Source of the DNA: an uncultured Candidatus Rokubacteria bacterium
GTDB taxonomy: Bacteria; Methylomirabilota; Methylomirabilia; Rokubacteriales; DASRDR01
DNA: 24,067 nucleotides
Reading direction: 5' to 3'
NCBI GenBank assembly: GCA_963708025.1
Contig: CAVPSB010000027.1
Location: forward strand, 1 to 24,067
Made by a program: the position numbers and the translations under genes
The notes under the pieces: model-generated
Told to the model about the DNA's origin: nothing
Database searches by the model: none
Seen by the model: the letters and a program-made list of their open reading frames with translations, nothing else
Part shown: piece after piece, positions 21,262-24,067 of the stretch
How the letters are laid out: every line of letters begins with the position of its first letter
Numbering within the stretch: position 1 is the first letter of the stretch

Positions 21262-21666
21262 TCACTCACCTCCCGCCGCAACTCGGCCGGCGCTGCGCTT
21301 CGGTCGCCGAGTCTTCCGCTCATCCACGGAAAGCTCTTCCACTGCCCCGATGCCCTCCGCCAACAGGCTGACGATCAGGGTGTTGAGCGAGACGTCTTCC
21401 ATCCGCGCCCTGCCCGCCAGCCTCTGATGCAGCGTTCGCGGCATCCGCACCCGGATCTGCCCGCTGAAGCTAGAAAGGACCTGCGGTTCGGGAGGCTTCT
21501 CGCCGACCTCGGCCATGTCCTCCAGGATGAGACCACCACCACTCGGCTTCACGCACGGCCTCTTCCGGCGTTCCGGCAAGGCGCTAGATAGCGGGAACTC
21601 CGGAATGAGCGCAACATATTCGCCGTCTTCATCGCTCCAGAAGAGTTGGATCGAGTACTTGTGCAT
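21262..21666 (-). CDS. hicB: HicB-family antitoxin with C-terminal ribbon-helix-helix domain
   Basis: YSIQLFWSDEDGEYVALIPEFP, TPEEAVREAE (shifted frame), PPEP, FSGQIRVRMPRTLHQRL..VSLNTLI. Confidence 0.88.
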   Translation of the reverse strand: MHKYSIQLFWSDEDGEYVALIPEFPLSSALPERRKRPCVKPSGGGLILEDMAEVGEKPPEPQVLSSFSGQIRVRMPRTLHQRLAGRARMEDVSLNTLIVSLLAEGIGAVEELSVDERKTRRPKRSAGRVAAGGE

Positions 21667-21667
21667 C

Positions 21668-21925
21668 TCACCACCCCCACAGGTGCTCGCACTCGATCAT
21701 TTCCAGCAATTCCTTCACCTGGTAACGCTTTGCCCTCGCCGTGCGCACAGACTGCAGGTTCAGTGGAGCCTCGAGCCGGGTCGCGGTGACGGAAGATGTG
21801 GTGGGAACCTCTAATGCCGGTTTCGCACGAATCCCACCGCCTCCGCCAGACTGCACCAGGTCTTCAAACCGAGTGTTCGCCGGCGACGAAGCTACCTTCA
21901 TGTAGAGCTTCTCAAGCCGGCTCAC
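21668..21925 (-). CDS. hicA: HicA-family mRNA interferase toxin; internal indels
   Basis: NTRFEDL, GSHHIFRH (shifted frame), LNLQ, YQVKELL; lies immediately upstream of hicB. Confidence 0.82.
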   Translation of the reverse strand: MSRLEKLYMKVASSPANTRFEDLVQSGGGGGIRAKPALEVPTTSSVTATRLEAPLNLQSVRTARAKRYQVKELLEMIECEHLWGW

Positions 21926-21944
21926 CGGGACTAGCTTCGCAATA

Positions 21945-21972
21945 ATGGTACCACTTTCGGTGTCATAAGCAA
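21945..21972 (-). promoter_or_regulatory. hicAB promoter with an overlapping imperfect inverted repeat
   Basis: Minus strand TTGCTT, 16 bp, TACCAT (with TG extension). Arms ATGGTACC (21945-21952) and GGTGTCAT (21959-21966). Confidence 0.5.
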
Positions 21973-22086
21973 GCTACTCTTCCTATCTCCGTCTGCCTCG
22001 TCTGGACACCCGAGGATAGGAGCGACAGCAACGAGCCGTGCTCCGCCCTTAGTCTGATCCTGGCGCCGCCCCGCGACCTCGCACTC

Positions 22087-22141
22087 TTGCTATCCGAACA
22101 TTTGTTTGTTTATAATCCGGCTTCCTACGAACATATGTTCA
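22087..22141 (+). promoter_or_regulatory. SOS-regulated promoter with two Gram-positive-type LexA boxes
   Basis: -35 TTGCTA (22087-22092), -10 TATAAT (22111-22116). Box 1 CGAAC-ATTT-GTTTG (22095-22108) lies in the spacer. Box 2 CGAAC-ATAT-GTTCA (22128-22141) has a perfect GAAC-N4-GTTC core. Confidence 0.88.
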
Positions 22142-22180
22142 GTAGCCGAGGGCACGTGACGAGCCGACCATCTCTGGACC

Positions 22181-22235
22181 TGCCATTTCTATTGCTTTTT
22201 AATAAAATGCAACGTTCTATTGCAATGACACTGAG
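22181..22235. repeat. AT-rich TGCAA..TTGCA double-palindrome, variant copy A
   Basis: TGCCA-N6-TTGCT, 11-bp A/T spacer, TGCAA-N7-TTGCA, followed by ACACTGAG as in copy D. Confidence 0.55.
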
Positions 22236-22326
22236 CAACCCCAGAAGCCGGAGCCACGCCGTTTCCCGGCCCAGCGGATCCCGCCCAGCCACGACTACAT
22301 CCGCCAACACGGCTCGGGACCCAAGG

Positions 22327-24067
22327 ATGGCTGGGCCAAAGGACCGGGCGACCCGGCCGAGCCGCCCAGTCCCGCGAGGCGCAACCGAAGCTCGGAGACG
22401 AGCCCGAGCCGGGAACGCCGCAAGAACCGGCGGCACCCGTTTACGGCGACATCCACAAGTTCGGCTACACCCGGCCGCCCAAGAAGCACGAGGAAACCTC
22501 TCGGCAACGCGGGCCGACGGCGGCATCGGGCCGCGGCCCCCGTCGCGGAGCGACCGCCCGACACCTCTCCCCCGTTCGTCCATCTGCACGTCCACTCGAA
22601 CTTCTCGTTCCTCGACGGCGGCAGCCGCATCGAGGAGTTGGTCGCCCGGGCGGCCGAGTTGGGGCAGCCGGCGCTGGCGCTCACCGATCACGACGGTCTC
22701 TACGGCGCCGTCCGCTTCGCCAAGGCCTGCGCCAAGCGGGACATCAAGCCCATCTTCGGGGCCGAGGTAAGGGTGGAGTCGCTGCTGGCCGCGGCACGCG
22801 TCGACCGGCCACGGCGGCGACGCCGGCCCGGATGGCACCGAGCAACCCGGCCCCGGCGCCGGCGCCGCCGCGTCGCGCGACGGCGTGTCACCGCCCGCGG
22901 ACGACCCGCACCACCTCGTGCTCCTCGCCGAGACCCGCGAGGGTTACGCCAACCTCTGCCGTCTCGCTCTCCGCCGCCCATCTGGCCGACCCCGAGCGCG
23001 AGCGCCCGCCCCTCGTCACCCTCGAGTCGCTCCGCACCCACGCCGAAGGACTCATCTGCCTCACCGGCTGCCGCCACGGGGAGGTGGGCTACCTGGTCGA
23101 CGCCGGCCGCGACGCCGACGCTCGCGCGGCGCTCCTCCGGCTCCGCGATATCTTCGGTCCCCGACCACCTCTATGTGGAACTGCAGTACTTCGGCTACGA
23201 GCCCCACCAGGAGGCGCACGCCGGCCAGCACGGCGCCGCCGTCTTCCAGAAGGCTGCCGGCTATCGGCAACCGCCTGCGCCACCAACCCGCTGCGGCGGC
23301 CGCCGCCCGCCGAAACCCTGAATCCCGCCGCCGCCGCGGCCACCGCTGCGAGCCATCATGCCCTGCAATATTATTGCAATGGCAACTTCTGTTGCATCAG
23401 ACCATGGCCGCGCTCGCGTAAGGCGCAACCCCGCCCCGACCTCCCCCAGGGCCATCCCCAGCGCCTCAACCCCTCCGACTACGACGTAGGATTCCATCGC
23501 GACGACCGACCCTGGCGCCTCTCCTGCCTTACCTACTGCCTGCGCCTGGCGGAACTCGCGCGCGCCTGCGACCTGCCCACGTCGCTCACCACGGATGCCC
23601 ACTATGCTCGCGGGACCGATAGAGCCATCCACCTCATCTGCCGCGCGGCCGGGCACGATAAGCCGCTTTCCGGGTACCCGGATCTGGTCCCCGGCGTCCG
23701 CTGTCTAAAGAGTAAAGTCGAGATAGAGGCTTTAGCGGCGCCTCTGTTGGAGCTCATCGAGCAGGAAGAAGCTGGTGGACCGTCTGCGGAAGCGCCGTCG
23801 GCCACCGGGGTTGTGCATTCATATTACACTGCAATAGATATTGCGTCGACTGCAGTCCGCTCGGCCCCGCCGCGCCCATACCAGCAAGAGGTCGAGGTAG
23901 TCTCCCGGGCACCTCGTGACTGTGTCAGATTCGACGGACAACAGAGGGGCCCGGGAACACCAAGCGTCGGTGTAGTGCGTAAGCGTTGCAATGCAATGGA
24001 TATTGCACACACTGAGTTGGCGTTGCTGCGGCTCCCTACGGCCGGTCGCAATGGGGTCGGGGGCCCG
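22327..24067 (+). CDS. dnaE2: DNA polymerase III alpha-type PHP domain, probably error-prone DnaE2 N-terminus, with large insertions; start uncertain; runs off the window
   Basis: FVHLHVHSNFSFLDG (from 22575), LALTDHDGLYGAVRF, KPIFGAE, HLVLLAETREGYANLCRL, GLICLTGC, LYVELQ. After an insertion, LAELA..TTDAHYA..CLKSKVEIEAL. The frame is open from 23462 to the window end. The dnaE2 label rests on the LexA boxes, as the polymerase domain is not visible. Confidence 0.75.
23364..23396. repeat. AT-rich double-palindrome, copy B
   Basis: TGCAATATTATTGCAATGGCAACTTCTGTTGCA. Confidence 0.7.
23814..23845. repeat. AT-rich double-palindrome, copy C
   Basis: TGCATTCATATTACACTGCAATAGATATTGCG. Confidence 0.7.
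23976..24007. repeat. AT-rich double-palindrome, copy D
   Basis: TGCGTAAGCGTTGCAATGCAATGGATATTGCA. Confidence 0.7.

Noticed and set aside
21980-22025. Possible hairpin TCCTATC..GATAGGA between the hicA and SOS promoters
   Set aside because: Short stem with a long loop; not enough to call an RNA or terminator.
22181-24007. AT-rich repeats read as a CRISPR array, integron attC sites or dif sites
   Set aside because: Spacing is irregular (about 1180, 450 and 162 bp) and copies are too divergent for CRISPR. There are no cas or integrase genes, no RYYYAAC/GTTRRRY ends, and no XerD arm.
1-24067. Mass pseudogenisation or programmed frameshifting
   Set aside because: Indels hit almost every gene regardless of function while catalytic motifs remain intact and in-frame stops are rare. 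Sequencing error is the simpler explanation.
23190-24067. Intein or self-splicing intron in dnaE
   Set aside because: No intein N-terminal block or HN-C/S/T end, no LAGLIDADG or RT ORF, and no group II domain V is visible. The part beyond the window cannot be assessed.
1-24067. tRNA, rRNA, riboswitch, transposase or prophage genes
   Set aside because: None recognised by eye; a covariance-model search would be needed to exclude small RNAs.

Overview
High-GC bacterial chromosomal DNA (about 70% by eye). The GAAC-N4-GTTC LexA boxes and gene content suggest an Actinomycetota-like organism (inference). Most genes carry 1-bp indels that scatter recognisable motifs across frames. This is typical of an unpolished long-read assembly, so I call the genes frameshifted-but-probably-intact, and many boundaries are approximate. 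Gene order: CoA-transferase subunit A, VOC protein, an apparent sequence junction at ~1.22 kb, a membrane-anchored hypothetical, a CopC/CopD fusion, DUF3052, a radical SAM enzyme, a WecA/MraY-family transferase, a chagasin (I42) lipoprotein, an AAA ATPase, a toast-rack-like lipoprotein, PAP2, a GyrI-like protein, a repeat (beta-propeller-like) lipoprotein, a CMD protein, putA, an AbrB-PIN (vapBC) module, a ureohydrolase, PadR, DUF2284, DUF389, a hicA-hicB-DUF2283 operon and a divergent SOS-box-controlled DnaE2-like gene that runs off the right end. The most unusual signal is in the last 2 kb. An AT-rich ~32-bp double palindrome (TGCAA-N5-TTGCA-N-TGCAA-N6-TTGCA) occurs three times inside large insertions in the DnaE PHP domain, with a related copy just behind the SOS promoter.
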